Assembly: GCF_009617975.1 (NCBI RefSeq)
Contig: NZ_CP040089.1
Location: 630,001-662,000, forward strand
Origin: Candidatus Nanohalobium constans
GTDB lineage: Archaea > Nanohalarchaeota > Nanosalinia > Nanosalinales > Nanosalinaceae
DNA length: 32,000 nt
Direction of reading: 5' to 3'
Shown here: positions 31,996 through 32,000 of the stretch, one piece after another
How positions within the stretch are numbered: position 1 is the first letter of the stretch
How the letters are laid out: each line of letters begins with the position of its first letter
Position numbers and translations under genes: made by a program
The notes under the pieces: generated by a model
What the model saw: the letters and a program-made list of their open reading frames with translations, nothing else
Database searches by the model: none
Told to the model about the DNA's origin: nothing

Positions 31996-32000
31996 AAGTG

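Noticed and set aside
1-32000. Search for tRNA, rRNA, CRISPR repeats, IS elements, integrases or prophage genes
   Set aside because: Every intergenic spacer is under about 190 nt. None shows a tRNA cloverleaf or arrays of direct repeats. No ORF resembles a transposase or integrase. The two inserted blocks have no visible flanking direct repeats.

Overview
This is a very compact archaeal chromosomal segment with almost no intergenic DNA and many start/stop overlaps. It most likely comes from a halophilic, small-genome archaeon (Nanohaloarchaeota/DPANN-like). The evidence for that is archaeal information-processing genes, strongly acidic D/E-rich proteins and several K+ transport systems. I support about 37 protein-coding genes. 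Two of them are absent from the supplied ORF track: a partial Kef-type antiporter at 1..1292 and a 49-aa ribosomal protein S27ae at 5914..6063. I saw no rRNA, tRNA, CRISPR array, transposase or integrase. The backbone on the minus strand is the conserved archaeal string S6e - aIF2-gamma - PIN - Rpo7 - Spt4 - S24e - S27ae - HAM1 - Kae1, followed by Sua5/TsaC and two tandem Kef antiporters. Two insertions break this string. The first is an A-rich orphan gene with a PD-(D/E)xK-like motif (7414..8436). The second is a 6.3-kb block (8843..15166) and is the top candidate for an undescribed system. It encodes four ATP-grasp amidoligases: two tandem YheC/TTL-like paralogues, one intact RimK-like enzyme and one catalytically degenerate RimK paralogue. 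It also encodes a DUF1704/MATCAP-like HExxH metallopeptidase and an MscS-like channel fused to an unknown domain. I read it as a possible add/remove system for C-terminal amino-acid tails; a peptide-osmolyte module is the main alternative. The rest of the window holds TrkH/TrkA, a photolyase and a low-GC GH1 glycosidase convergent with a processive GT2 polysaccharide synthase. It also holds a large acidic surface protein with DxAGN Ig-like repeats, an HTH regulator, a histone-fold protein with a coiled-coil tail, an MFS transporter, a COG1407 phosphoesterase and a MoxR-DUF58 module. One feature seen across the whole window is a patchwork of two synonymous-codon preferences (A/C-ending versus G/T-ending) that switch inside genes. 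All family calls come from motif recognition by eye. No searches or computations were run.
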